Shown: positions 1-10,071 of the stretch, piece by piece
Numbering within the stretch: position 1 is the stretch's first letter
Layout: the number at the start of each line of letters is the position of its first letter
From: Hylemonella sp.
GTDB taxonomy: Bacteria > Pseudomonadota > Gammaproteobacteria > Burkholderiales > Burkholderiaceae_C
Assembly (NCBI GenBank): GCA_040377375.1
Contig: JBEIOV010000004.1
Coordinates: 66,249-130,248 of the forward strand
Direction: 5' to 3'
Length of the DNA stretch: 64,000 nt
The notes under the pieces: model-generated
Told to the model about the DNA's origin: nothing
The model's input: only the letters and a program-made list of their open reading frames with translations
Database searches by the model: none
Translations under genes and position numbers: made by a program

Positions 1-482
1 GCCGCCAAGGGGCCGAGGATGGCGCCGGACTTGTCCAGCGCCTTGTGCACGCCAAACGAATACCCCCTGGCCTTTTGACCGGCCACTGCCGAGAGCCAGG
101 CATCACGCGGCGGCCCGCGAAAACCCTTGCCCAGCCGCTCAATGACACGAAAGATGCTCAGGCCGACGATGGAACTGGTGACCAGCAAAATAACCTTGGC
201 CAGCGTGGAGAAGCCATAGCCGAGCAGGGCAAAGACCTTGCGTTTTCCGCTTCGGTCCGACAGCCAGCCGGCGAAGTAGTTCAACGAGGAGGCGGAAAAG
301 TCCGCAAAACCCTCGATTAGCCCCAGCAAGGCCGTCGAGGCCCCGGCAACCGTTGTGAAAAAAATCGCGAAGACCGAGAAAATCATCTCGGAACTGAGAT
401 CGGTCAGCAAGCTCACCAGGCCGAGCTTGAACACATCCGGATGCAGGCCCGTTTTCTTGTCAACAGGGTGGTCGGCAGCCAT
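1..482 (-). CDS. MFS transporter, N-terminal part (gene continues past the left edge of the window)
   Basis: Own translation of the minus strand from ATG (482-480): MAADHPVDKKTGLHPDVFKLGLVSLLTDLSSEMIFSVFAIFFTTVAGAS...GWLSDRSGKRKVF...RVIERLGKGFRGPPRDA. It stays open to position 1. It shows TM helices and an MFS-type D-R-x-G-K-R loop. It starts 14 nt after the rlmB stop. It is absent from the ORF track because there is no stop in the window. Confidence 0.75.
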   Translation of the reverse strand, partial: MAADHPVDKKTGLHPDVFKLGLVSLLTDLSSEMIFSVFAIFFTTVAGASTALLGLIEGFADFSASSLNYFAGWLSDRSGKRKVFALLGYGFSTLAKVILLVTSSIVGLSIFRVIERLGKGFRGPPRDAWLSAVAGQKARGYSFGVHKALDKSGAILGPLA

Positions 483-495
483 CCATTCCCCGATT

Positions 496-1230
496 TCAGC
501 CGCGCTGTCTTAGCGCTTCATACAGGCACACGCCGCTGGCCACCGACACGTTCAGGCTCTCGACGGCGCCTTTCATGGGAATGCTCACCAGCTCGTCGCA
601 GGTTTTGCGGGTGAGCTGGCGCATGCCCTCCCCTTCGGCCCCCAGCACCAGGGCCACCGGCCCCTTGAGATCGACCTGGTAGACGGTTTTGGGCGCATCG
701 TCGCTGGTGCCGATGCACCAGATGTTGCGCTCCTTGAGCTCGCCCAGCGTGCGCGCCAGATTGGTCACCATGAAGTAGGGCACCGTCTCGGCCGCGCCAC
801 TGGCCACCTTGGCCACCGTTGCGTTGACGCCCACCGCATGGTCCTTGGGCGCGCTCACGGCATGCGCGCCAGCCCCGTCGGCCACGCGCAGGCAGGCCCC
901 CAGGTTGTGCGGATCGGTCACGCCGTCGAGCACCAGCAGCAGGGGCGGTTCACTGATGCTGTCGAGCAGGTCGTCCAGCGACTTGACCTGTGCCACGGCT
1001 TCGACCCGCGCCGCCACGCCCTGGTGGCCGTGGCTGCCGCACAGCTTGGCCAGGCGCAGGCCATCGGCCTCGATCAGGCGCACCCCGGCCTCGTTGACCT
1101 TTTCCAGAAACTGGCGCATGCGGGCATCGCGCCGCGTCGGTTCGTAATAGATTTCAATGATGGATTTGGGCGCGGTTTTGAGGCGCACGCCCACGGCGTG
1201 GAAGCCGAAAAGGACTTTGGGGGAGGACAT
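496..1230 (-). CDS. rlmB: 23S rRNA (guanosine-2'-O)-methyltransferase RlmB (SpoU/TrmH family)
   Basis: ORF 496..1305 trimmed to the ATG at 1230 ([18 protein letters not shown]...). It has SpoU motifs [11 protein letters not shown] and [18 protein letters not shown] and an N-terminal RlmB-type domain. Confidence 0.9.
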   Translation of the reverse strand: MSSPKVLFGFHAVGVRLKTAPKSIIEIYYEPTRRDARMRQFLEKVNEAGVRLIEADGLRLAKLCGSHGHQGVAARVEAVAQVKSLDDLLDSISEPPLLLVLDGVTDPHNLGACLRVADGAGAHAVSAPKDHAVGVNATVAKVASGAAETVPYFMVTNLARTLGELKERNIWCIGTSDDAPKTVYQVDLKGPVALVLGAEGEGMRQLTRKTCDELVSIPMKGAVESLNVSVASGVCLYEALRQRG

Positions 1231-1379
1231 ATGATGATTATCGCGGGTTGCCGGACGCCTGCGGGTGGGCAGGCTGGCGGACCGGGTATCCGTTCTCTGG
1301 CCCACCTCGCGGACGGATGTTTCTGGTTAACAGCGATTGCCGCTTAAACGACTGAACCGGCTAGCTGGCTCTGTGGCAA

Positions 1380-1560
1380 CCGCGAATGGGGCCGCCGCAC
1401 GGACACCCAATCCACCAGCCCAAGACGGCCTACTTTCTTAACCTGAGATTGGCGACCCCGGCATCAATGACTCCAACCCGGTGATTTGGTACACCAAGGC
1501 GGCACCACTTCCTTCCTGAAGGCGGGTGGTGGGGCTTTCGAACGCAGGCCCCATTCGCGG
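1380..1560. repeat. Perfect 14-bp inverted repeat pair (CCGCGAATGGGGCC / GGCCCCATTCGCGG) bracketing 153 nt, with nested complementary segments; candidate structured RNA or MITE-like element
   Basis: Read directly. Outer arms are at 1380-1393 and 1547-1560. An inner pair is CCACCAGCC (1412-1420) / GGGTGGTGG (1524-1532), with one mismatch. The element lies in the largest non-coding gap of the window. Confidence 0.6.
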
Positions 1561-1747
1561 CCGTCACAGAGTATGCGTGCCAACAATGGTATTGGCGCAG
1601 TCACGGTGGCTTGCCAGTCCAGCCGCCCGCGAGCGTGGGCCGGAGTCCGAAAGCCACGCCGCCCGCCTTGCGCGAGGTATCTCACTCGCTACTGTTTTTG
1701 TAGCTACTCGTGAATATCCCACGGCGGCCAAAGGTAAAAATGGCCGC

Positions 1748-2434
1748 TTAATAAGTTTCCGTGGAACTCAGGACTCGCCCCGCCTCAATCACAATCCGCC
1801 GCTCGCAGCGCTCGGCAATCGCCTTGTCATGCGTCACCAGCACCAGCGTCGTGCCCAGTTCCCGGTTGAGATCAAACATCAGCGCCATCACCTTCTCGCC
1901 GGTGGCGAAATCCAGGCTGCCGGTGGGCTCGTCCGCCAGCAGCACGGCCGGCTGCACCACAAAGGCCCGTGCCAGCGCCACGCGTTGCTGCTCGCCGCCG
2001 CTCAGGACCTTGGGGTAGTGGCCCAGGCGTTCGGACAGTCCCACGCGGGCCAGCATCTCGGTGGCGGCCTTGCGGGCATCCTTTCTGTCGGCCAGTTCCA
2101 GCGGCAGCATCACATTTTCCAGTGCCGTGAGGTTGCCCAGGAGCTGGAAGCTCTGGAAGACAAAACCCACTTTCTGCGCCCGCAGCGCCGCGCGCTCGTC
2201 CTCGTCGATGGCAAACAGATCCTGCCCGGCCAGCCGCACCGTGCCGCGGGTCGGCGTGTCCAGGCCGGCGATGATGGACAGCAGCGTGCTTTTGCCGGAT
2301 CCCGAGGCGCCGACGATGGCGACGGTTTCCCTGGTTTGAAGAACGAAGTCAATATCGCGCAAAATGTCGAGCGTCCCGGTGGAGTCGGTGACGGACTTGA
2401 AAACATGCTCCACTGCAATCATTGAATCAGACAT
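1748..2434 (-). CDS. ABC transporter ATP-binding protein (YbbA/LolD-like)
   Basis: ORF 1748..2878 trimmed to the ATG at 2434 (MSDSMIAVEHVFKSV...). It has Walker A GASGSGKST, signature LSGGEQQR and Walker B LLADEPT. It is divergent from a tesA-like gene, as ybbA is in E. coli. No permease gene is adjacent. Confidence 0.85.
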   Translation of the reverse strand: MSDSMIAVEHVFKSVTDSTGTLDILRDIDFVLQTRETVAIVGASGSGKSTLLSIIAGLDTPTRGTVRLAGQDLFAIDEDERAALRAQKVGFVFQSFQLLGNLTALENVMLPLELADRKDARKAATEMLARVGLSERLGHYPKVLSGGEQQRVALARAFVVQPAVLLADEPTGSLDFATGEKVMALMFDLNRELGTTLVLVTHDKAIAERCERRIVIEAGRVLSSTETY

Positions 2435-3092
2435 GAGGCTTTCTTTGTATCGACGACACTTTATCGCGGCCAGCATACTGGCTGCCGCTGCGGGGATATC
2501 CGGCGCGGCCGAGGGACCCATGGCAGCCCATCCACGCCAGACCATCCTGATCCTAGGCGATTCCCTGAGTGCCGAGTATGGCCTCAAACGCGGCAGCGGC
2601 TGGGTCGCCTTGCTCGAGCAGCGGCTGGCGGCGGAAAAGAAAGACGCCCGAGTGATCAATGCCAGCATCAGTGGCGACACGACCTCGGGCGGCCGCTCCC
2701 GGCTGGCCGCCCTGCTAGCGCAACACCGGCCCACGCATGTGGTCATCGAGCTCGGCGCCAACGACGCGCTGCGCGGCCTGTCCCTGCAATCGACCCAGGA
2801 CAACCTCAGCCAGATGACACAGATGGCACAAAAAGCCGGCGCCAGGGTGCTGTTGATCGGCATGCAGGTGCCGCCCAACTATGGCCAGGATTATTCCGAC
2901 CGCTTCGCCAGCCTGGTCAAAACCGTCGCCAAGACGAACCGGGCCGCGCTGGTGCCGTTTTTCCTCAAGGGCGTGGCTGATGCGCCTGACGCCATCCGCC
3001 TGTTCCAGCCCGACCGCATTCACCCTGTGGCCGAGGCGCATCCCGTCATGCTCAACAATGTGTGGCCTGAACTGAAGAAGCTGCTGAAATGA
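2433..3092 (+). CDS. tesA: SGNH/GDSL arylesterase / acyl-CoA thioesterase I-like, secreted
   Basis: ORF 2364..3092 trimmed to the ATG at 2433 (MRLSLYRRHFIAASILAAAAG..., signal-like). It has the GDSL block ILILGDSLSAEYG, plus NASISGDT, ELGANDALRG and a C-terminal DRIHP. Confidence 0.85.
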   Translation: MRLSLYRRHFIAASILAAAAGISGAAEGPMAAHPRQTILILGDSLSAEYGLKRGSGWVALLEQRLAAEKKDARVINASISGDTTSGGRSRLAALLAQHRPTHVVIELGANDALRGLSLQSTQDNLSQMTQMAQKAGARVLLIGMQVPPNYGQDYSDRFASLVKTVAKTNRAALVPFFLKGVADAPDAIRLFQPDRIHPVAEAHPVMLNNVWPELKKLLK

Positions 3093-4150
3093 GCCTGACC
3101 ATCCTGAGCGCCGATGAAGTGCTGCGCCGCCTCGACGAGTTCGACACGGTCATCGATGCCCGCAGCGAGGACGAATACGCCGAGGATCATCTGCCCGGGG
3201 CCGTGAACTGGCCCACGCTCCATAACGAGGAGCGGCGTCTGGTGGGCACGACGTACAAGCAGATCAGCGCGTTTGAAGCCCGAAAACGGGGCGCGGCCAT
3301 GGCGGCGCGCAATATCTCGGCCCATATCGAGCGCGAGGTGCTCGACAAACCGAAGGACTGGGCACCGCTGGCCTACTGCTGGCGCGGCGGCAAGCGCAGC
3401 GGCGCACTGGCGCTCATCCTGGACCAGATCGGCTTTCGCGTCACGCTGGTGGAAGGCGGCTACAAGGCGTTTCGCAACGCCGTGACACAGGACCTGCCGC
3501 GGCTGGCGGCGGCGTTTGACTGGCGGGTGATCTGCGGCACCACCGGCTCGGGCAAGACGCGCCTGTTGCACGCCCTGGCCGCCGCTGGCGCCCAGGTGCT
3601 CGACCTGGAAGCACTGGCGAGCCACCGCAGCTCGGTGCTGGGCGCCATTCCCGGGCAGGCGCAGCCCTCGCAAAAACGGTTCGACACCCTGGTGTGGGAC
3701 GCGCTGCGCCGTTTTGATCCGGCCCGTCCGGTGTTTGTGGAAAGCGAGAGCAAGAAGGTCGGCAACGTTGCCGTGCCGGCCTCGCTGATCGAGGCCATGC
3801 GCGCCAGCGCGTGCCTGAACCTGGTGCTGCCCGACGAGGAACGCGTCGGCCTGCTGATGGAGGATTATGATTTCTTCGTGCGTCATGTCGAGACGTTTTG
3901 CGACCGTCTGGATGCACTCACAGAGATCCGGGGCAAAGCCGTGGTGGGAGCCTGGAAAGCGTCGGTGCGCGCCGGTCGCATCGAGCCCGTGGTGCGCGAG
4001 CTCCTGACGCAGCACTACGACCCGGTGTATCTGCAGTCCATGCAGCGCAACTTCCGCCACTTTTCCGCTGCAAAAACCATAGCGCCCGACGACCGGTCAG
4101 CCAGGGCCATGCGCGAATTAGCGCAAACACTGGTGACAGCCGCCGCCTGA
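3089..4150 (+). CDS. selU: tRNA 2-selenouridine synthase
   Basis: It has a rhodanese domain with the active-site loop YCWRGGKRS and the P-loop GTTGSGKT. Its ATG overlaps the tesA stop (ATGA at 3089-3092). Confidence 0.9.
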   Translation: MSLTILSADEVLRRLDEFDTVIDARSEDEYAEDHLPGAVNWPTLHNEERRLVGTTYKQISAFEARKRGAAMAARNISAHIEREVLDKPKDWAPLAYCWRGGKRSGALALILDQIGFRVTLVEGGYKAFRNAVTQDLPRLAAAFDWRVICGTTGSGKTRLLHALAAAGAQVLDLEALASHRSSVLGAIPGQAQPSQKRFDTLVWDALRRFDPARPVFVESESKKVGNVAVPASLIEAMRASACLNLVLPDEERVGLLMEDYDFFVRHVETFCDRLDALTEIRGKAVVGAWKASVRAGRIEPVVRELLTQHYDPVYLQSMQRNFRHFSAAKTIAPDDRSARAMRELAQTLVTAAA

Positions 4151-4229
4151 GCCTGCAAGACCCGGCGCTGCGTCTACGGCTGCAGCGCCCGCCAGCGGCA
4201 CGCCACGCGTCAAGGCTCGAGGCAATCCG

Positions 4230-4418
4230 TCAGCTCTGAGTCGGCGCGTCCGGTAGCGGTGCCGCCGGGTCGGACGCGTCACCTTCCTGATGCGTTGCGT
4301 CCTCGCCGGGCGCCCCGCCCACCTTGCGCTCCGTCTTGCTTCTGAGCTTTTCTTCTTTCTTGCGCTTCTTGGCCAGTTCTTTCTGCCGTTTTTCGTATCC
4401 GTAATTGGGAGTAGCCAA
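4230..4418 (-). CDS. Small Lys/Glu-rich hypothetical protein (62 aa)
   Basis: ORF track MATPNYGYEKRQKELAKKRKKEEKLRSKTERK... followed by an acidic Pro-rich tail. It has a TTG start and no strong SD. Third-position GC looks coding-like. No domain recognised. Confidence 0.5.
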   Translation of the reverse strand: MATPNYGYEKRQKELAKKRKKEEKLRSKTERKVGGAPGEDATHQEGDASDPAAPLPDAPTQS

Positions 4419-4494
4419 AGTATGCTTTCAGGTTAATGGAGCCACTTTACCAGTTCGTGACCAGCCGATTGGATTTCAATTTCGCTTTTTTTCA

Positions 4495-5376
4495 TCAGGC
4501 GGCGCCGGCGCTGTCACCCGCCTCCTCGATCCATCGCACGGAACCGCGGTACGCATGCCAGCTGGCATGCCCGAGCCAGGGGCCCACCAGCAGCAAACCC
4601 AGCCCCCAGGGAAGCAAGGCCAGGGCCACCAGGGCGGTAAGCAGCAAGCCCCACAGCAGCATGACGCCGGTGTTCTCATAGACCACCTGGATGCTGGTGA
4701 TGGCGGCCGAAATGGCATCGGTGTCACGGTCCAGGATCATGGGGATGGATACCACCGCAATGGCATACACCAGCCCCGCAAACACACCGCCGACCAGCAG
4801 GTAGACGGCGACAAACTCCCAGTTTTCCGGACTGAAAATGGCCTGGATGACGCCGGTGGTCGATGGCATGCCCGTGTTGAAGAACACGGCAAACACCACC
4901 AGGGACGCCCGGCCCCAGAGCAGCTCCAGAACGATGAGCACCAGCACCAGCATGCCCATGCTGCGCACATGCGAATCCCAGCAGGTCAGGGACGAGCCCA
5001 GATCGGGGCTAAGGCCGCGTTCGCGCCGCCGGCTCACCTCATACAGGCCCATCGCGAGAAACGGGCCCACCAGCAGGCAGCCCGACGCAATCGACATGGT
5101 GTACTCGGGCCGGTTGCGAAACACGGCGCCCAGCGTCAGGGCCATCACCCAGAAGCTGATGCCATAAAAAAGGGTGATGCCCATTTCAGCCGCCAGATCA
5201 CGCCAGCCTCGTGCCAGCCAGCGAAACGGGTCCGACCAGCGCAGCGCGATGATCTGCCGCCGGGGTCCCTCGATCGGCGGCGGCACATAGGGCGCGGGAT
5301 CCGTGGCCGGAGACTGAAAGGCCTCGGCATCAGCCGTCGGCGCATGGGAAGCAGGTGGACTTGGGGAATGGGTCAT
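4495..5376 (-). CDS. Integral membrane protein, DUF2189-like
   Basis: 293 aa with an ATG start. It has a Pro-rich N-terminus, then about 5 TM helices. The motif RWLARGWRDLAAEMGITLFYGISFW resembles the COG5473/DUF2189 family; this assignment is from memory. Confidence 0.7.
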   Translation of the reverse strand: MTHSPSPPASHAPTADAEAFQSPATDPAPYVPPPIEGPRRQIIALRWSDPFRWLARGWRDLAAEMGITLFYGISFWVMALTLGAVFRNRPEYTMSIASGCLLVGPFLAMGLYEVSRRRERGLSPDLGSSLTCWDSHVRSMGMLVLVLIVLELLWGRASLVVFAVFFNTGMPSTTGVIQAIFSPENWEFVAVYLLVGGVFAGLVYAIAVVSIPMILDRDTDAISAAITSIQVVYENTGVMLLWGLLLTALVALALLPWGLGLLLVGPWLGHASWHAYRGSVRWIEEAGDSAGAA

Positions 5377-5423
5377 GGGCGCAGACTACCCAAACACCCC
5401 CCGCCTGGCTACTCAGGAAAACA

Positions 5424-6617
5424 CTAACCCAGGGCCCGCAATGCCTGCGCCAGGTCGGCCTGCAAATCGGCGGCCGACTCCAGTCCGACCGAGAAGCGCA
5501 CCAGCGTGCCGCGCGCCAGGTGCGGCGGCCAGGGTTTGCGCATGGAAGCCAGGTCGTAGGGCACAACCAGGCTCATGGGACCACCCCAGCTGTATCCCAG
5601 CTTGAACAACCGCAGCGCATCGCAAAACGCGTCAACCCGCGCGGCGTCGTATTCCGGGCGCACTATCACGCTGAACAGCCCGGCCGCCCCGCCCGCCTCG
5701 GGCCGGCACAAGCCCTGCCAGTGCGCGTGTCCGGGCGACTGCGGCAAGGCCGGGTGCAGCACTTGCGCGAACTCCGCGCGGCCCTGGCACCAGCGGGCCA
5801 GTTCGCGCGCGGCCGCATCGTGCGAACGGTAACGCAGCGCCAGGCTCGGCAGGGAGCGCAGCACGGCCTCCACGTCATTGGCGCCCACGCCCAGGCCCAG
5901 GCGCATATGGGTCAGCTTGATCTGGATGTGCAGCGCCTCGTCTTGCGTGATGACGCTGCCCATGAGCACATCGCCACCGCCGCTGGGGTATTTGGTCAAT
6001 GCGTGCACCGAGATGTCGACGCCCAGGCCCGGTTCCAGCGCAAACGGCCGGAACGCCAGCCCCGCCCCCCAGGTGTTGTCCAGCGCCGTGAGAACGCTTT
6101 TGCCGCGGCAGATGCGCACGAGTTCACGCAGGTCGGGAAACTCCAGCGTCACCGAACCCGCCGCTTCCAGCCAGACCAGCTTGGTCTTGCCGCTGATCCT
6201 GCCGGCCAGGTCCTGCGGGTTCATGGCGTCATAGAGCTGGTGCGTGATGCCCCAGTTCTTGAGTTCGCCTTCGGCCAGCGCCTTGTTCGGGCCATAGGCG
6301 TTGTCGGGTATCAGCACCTCGTCACCGGCCTTGAGCAGGGCCAGCGCCACGTTGGCGATGGCGGCCAGCCCGCTGGGCAGCAGCACGCACTGGCGGCCGC
6401 CTTCGAGCGTACACAGGCGCTCCTCCAGCAGATAGGTGGTGGGGGTGCCGTGCAGGCCGTAGGTGTAGCCCGTCTTGTCTTTCCACTCGCGGCTGCGCAT
6501 GGCCGCGACGCTGGGGAATATCACCGTGGACGCCTTGAACACGCCCGGCTGTGGCGCCACAAAACCCTCGGGCGGCGTGTAGGGGTGGTGAATCAGTTCA
6601 GTGGCGATATCCCGCAT
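5424..6617 (-). CDS. metC: Cystathionine beta-lyase (Cys/Met-metabolism PLP enzyme)
   Basis: 397 aa with N-terminal TELIHHPY... and the PLP-lysine block HALTKYPSGGGDV. Confidence 0.85.
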   Translation of the reverse strand: MRDIATELIHHPYTPPEGFVAPQPGVFKASTVIFPSVAAMRSREWKDKTGYTYGLHGTPTTYLLEERLCTLEGGRQCVLLPSGLAAIANVALALLKAGDEVLIPDNAYGPNKALAEGELKNWGITHQLYDAMNPQDLAGRISGKTKLVWLEAAGSVTLEFPDLRELVRICRGKSVLTALDNTWGAGLAFRPFALEPGLGVDISVHALTKYPSGGGDVLMGSVITQDEALHIQIKLTHMRLGLGVGANDVEAVLRSLPSLALRYRSHDAAARELARWCQGRAEFAQVLHPALPQSPGHAHWQGLCRPEAGGAAGLFSVIVRPEYDAARVDAFCDALRLFKLGYSWGGPMSLVVPYDLASMRKPWPPHLARGTLVRFSVGLESAADLQADLAQALRALG

Positions 6618-6633
6618 GATGGATTCCCGGCAC

Positions 6634-7158
6634 TCAAACTTTCCACTTTTGCAGCAACTGGGCGGGCCTCAGGGTGTCATAGCTCTCGAAAGGCTGGTGA
6701 ATCCAGGGGTTGGTGGGCAGGAATTCCACCGAGTAGTCGGGCGCAAAGGTCGACAGCGCCTTGGTCCAGAGCACGGCGCTGCGCAGCTCGGTGATGGAGG
6801 AATAGTTGCCCTTGAGCAGGGCCATCACGGCCTTGAGCGTGTGCCCCGAATCCGCCAGATCATCCACCAGCAGCACCCGCCCGGCAATTTCGCCCTTGGG
6901 TGTGGTGATGAAGCGCGCGATGTCCAGATGCCCCTGCAACTTGCCCGCATCCGCCCGGTAGGAGCTGGTGGACATGATCGCCAGCGGCTTGTTGAAAATG
7001 CGCGAGAGGATGTCGCCCGGGCGCATGCCGCCGCGGGCCAGGCACAGGATGGTGTCGAACTCCCAGCCCGACTGATGAATCCTGATGGCCAGTTTTTCAA
7101 TCAGGTTGTGGTACTCGTCATAGCTCACATACAAATGCTTGCCGTCTTCCGTCAACAT
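6634..7158 (-). CDS. Phosphoribosyltransferase (purine PRT-like)
   Basis: It has the PRPP-binding loop VLLVDDLADSGHT and an AGGAG SD upstream of the ATG at 7158. It lies directly downstream of purA. Confidence 0.8.
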   Translation of the reverse strand: MLTEDGKHLYVSYDEYHNLIEKLAIRIHQSGWEFDTILCLARGGMRPGDILSRIFNKPLAIMSTSSYRADAGKLQGHLDIARFITTPKGEIAGRVLLVDDLADSGHTLKAVMALLKGNYSSITELRSAVLWTKALSTFAPDYSVEFLPTNPWIHQPFESYDTLRPAQLLQKWKV

Positions 7159-7234
7159 GGTATTGCTCCTGAATTTATAGCTTGCTACGACCGTCTGACA
7201 AGGGCTAAAGGCTGATTTCTCATCAGGTTTTGCG

Positions 7235-8671
<1,437 letters not shown>

Positions 8672-9820
8672 CTATATGGCTTTCACGACCCACTGCCCCG
8701 CGACCTGAATCAGCTCGCGATCGCAATGGAACTCATCGATTTCACTCTCATGGCCAGGCAGCACGCAGACCACGGTCTCGCCCCGGCCCCGCAAGGATGC
8801 AATGGCTTGGCGCAGCTCAGCGGCTTCGCTCCAGGGGGCGCGAATCGCAGCCCGCAGCGGCCGCGGGGCCACCACGCTCACCAGCGCCTTGATGTCCAGA
8901 CTGAAGCCCACGGCCGGACGATTGCGGCCGAACACCGCGCCGACTTCGTCATAACGGCCGCCGCGCACCAGCGCATCGCTGGCGCCAGGCGCATAAACCG
9001 CAAACCGCACGCCGCTGTAATAGGCGTAGCCACGCAAATCGGCCAGATCGAAGGTGACACGGACATCCTCCAGATGCCCCGCGAGCCACTTCAAATTTGA
9101 TAGCGCCTCACGCACGGCTGGCAAGGCCGGAAGCACTTTTTCGGCCTCGGCCAGCACCTTCTCGTCACCATAGAGCCGCACCAGCGCCAGCAAGCCCTGG
9201 CGAGAGGCTGGCGGAAAATCCCGGGTCAACAGCGCCAGCTCGCTGGCGTCCTTGGCCGCCAGCGCCGCATGGATCTGCGCCAGCACCTCGGCCGTCACGG
9301 ACACGCCGGCCAGCAGCGCGCTCACAATGCGCACGTCGGCCATGTCCACCCCCAGCGAGGGCGCCTTGACCGCCTTGAGGCCGTCCAGTGCCAGCAGCAA
9401 GACCTCCAGATCGGCCTCCAGCCCGGCGTGGCCATAGAGTTCAGCGCCAAACTGGAGCGGCTCGCGGGTGGCATGCGGCCCGGCCGGGCGCGTGTGCAGC
9501 ACCGGGCCGCAGTAGCACAAACGGGTCACACCCCTGCGGTTGAGAAGGTGGGCGTCGATGCGGGCGACCTGGGGCGTGCTGTCGGCACGCAAGCCCATCA
9601 TCCGCCCGGAGAGCTGGTCCACCAGCTTGAAGGTTTGCAGGTCAAGCGCCTCGCCCGTGCCGGTGAGCAGGGATTCGAGGTGCTCGAGCAGCGGCGGCAT
9701 GACCAGCTCGTAGCCATAGCAGCGCGCCATGTCCAGCAGGTCTCGACGTAGTTCTTCGATGTGCCGCGCTTCGGACGGCAAGACATCGGCAATGTGATCC
9801 GGCAGGACCCAGGCAGACAT
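8672..9820 (-). CDS. hisZ: ATP phosphoribosyltransferase regulatory subunit
   Basis: 382 aa HisS paralogue without an anticodon-binding domain. It is immediately upstream of purA, the typical arrangement. Confidence 0.9.
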   Translation of the reverse strand: MSAWVLPDHIADVLPSEARHIEELRRDLLDMARCYGYELVMPPLLEHLESLLTGTGEALDLQTFKLVDQLSGRMMGLRADSTPQVARIDAHLLNRRGVTRLCYCGPVLHTRPAGPHATREPLQFGAELYGHAGLEADLEVLLLALDGLKAVKAPSLGVDMADVRIVSALLAGVSVTAEVLAQIHAALAAKDASELALLTRDFPPASRQGLLALVRLYGDEKVLAEAEKVLPALPAVREALSNLKWLAGHLEDVRVTFDLADLRGYAYYSGVRFAVYAPGASDALVRGGRYDEVGAVFGRNRPAVGFSLDIKALVSVVAPRPLRAAIRAPWSEAAELRQAIASLRGRGETVVCVLPGHESEIDEFHCDRELIQVAGQWVVKAI

Positions 9821-9876
9821 GTGAATTCGGGGGCTGTTAAAACGGCGATTTTACCGGGCTTGGAGCCCGGTCATCT

Positions 9877-10068
9877 TCAAGGCAGAAGCCACCACATCAA
9901 TAAAGCACCCGCCAGGATGCTGCACAGCCCGAAGAAGCGGATTTGTCCGTCCTGCAACTGCAGGATCTGCGCGAACATCCGGCGCCAGGCGGTGGGCGAC
10001 AGGAATGGCAACAGGCCCTCGATCACCAGGACGAGGGCCAGGGCCTGCCAGAACGTTTCGCTGCTCAA
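9877..10068 (-). CDS. DUF2065 small membrane protein (YjeT-like)
   Basis: 63 aa (MSSETFWQALALVLVIEGLLPFLSP...) with two TM helices and a TTG start. It lies 3 nt after the hflC stop, the same position as yjeT in E. coli. Confidence 0.75.
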   Translation of the reverse strand: MSSETFWQALALVLVIEGLLPFLSPTAWRRMFAQILQLQDGQIRFFGLCSILAGALLMWWLLP

Positions 10069-10071
10069 ACC

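Noticed and set aside
1380-1720. I tested by eye whether the structured gap is a known housekeeping RNA: RNase P RNA, tmRNA, 6S RNA, SRP/4.5S RNA, or a cobalamin or TPP riboswitch.
   Set aside because: None of the hallmark motifs is present on either strand. There is no GGAAAGUCCGG (RNase P) and no tRNA-like 3' end with GGUUCGAUUCC...CCACCA (tmRNA). There is no SRP domain IV pattern, only a loose GGAAGGAAG resemblance. I found no B12 box and no TPP CUGAGA/ACCUGA pair. The genomic context (upstream of rlmB) does not fit a riboswitch. The region is kept only as an unclassified candidate.
1748-2878. The ORF-track 5' extension of the ABC ATPase gene (376 aa). Similar long N-terminal extensions appear for rlmB (1305), purA (8659), rodZ (20978), the nitroreductase gene (47994), the Fe3+-binding protein gene (51046), lpxK (61086) and zapE (32468).
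   Set aside because: The extensions overlap neighbouring real genes or have Arg/Cys/Trp-rich junk composition. Conserved N-termini begin at internal ATGs, several with an SD or stop-start coupling.
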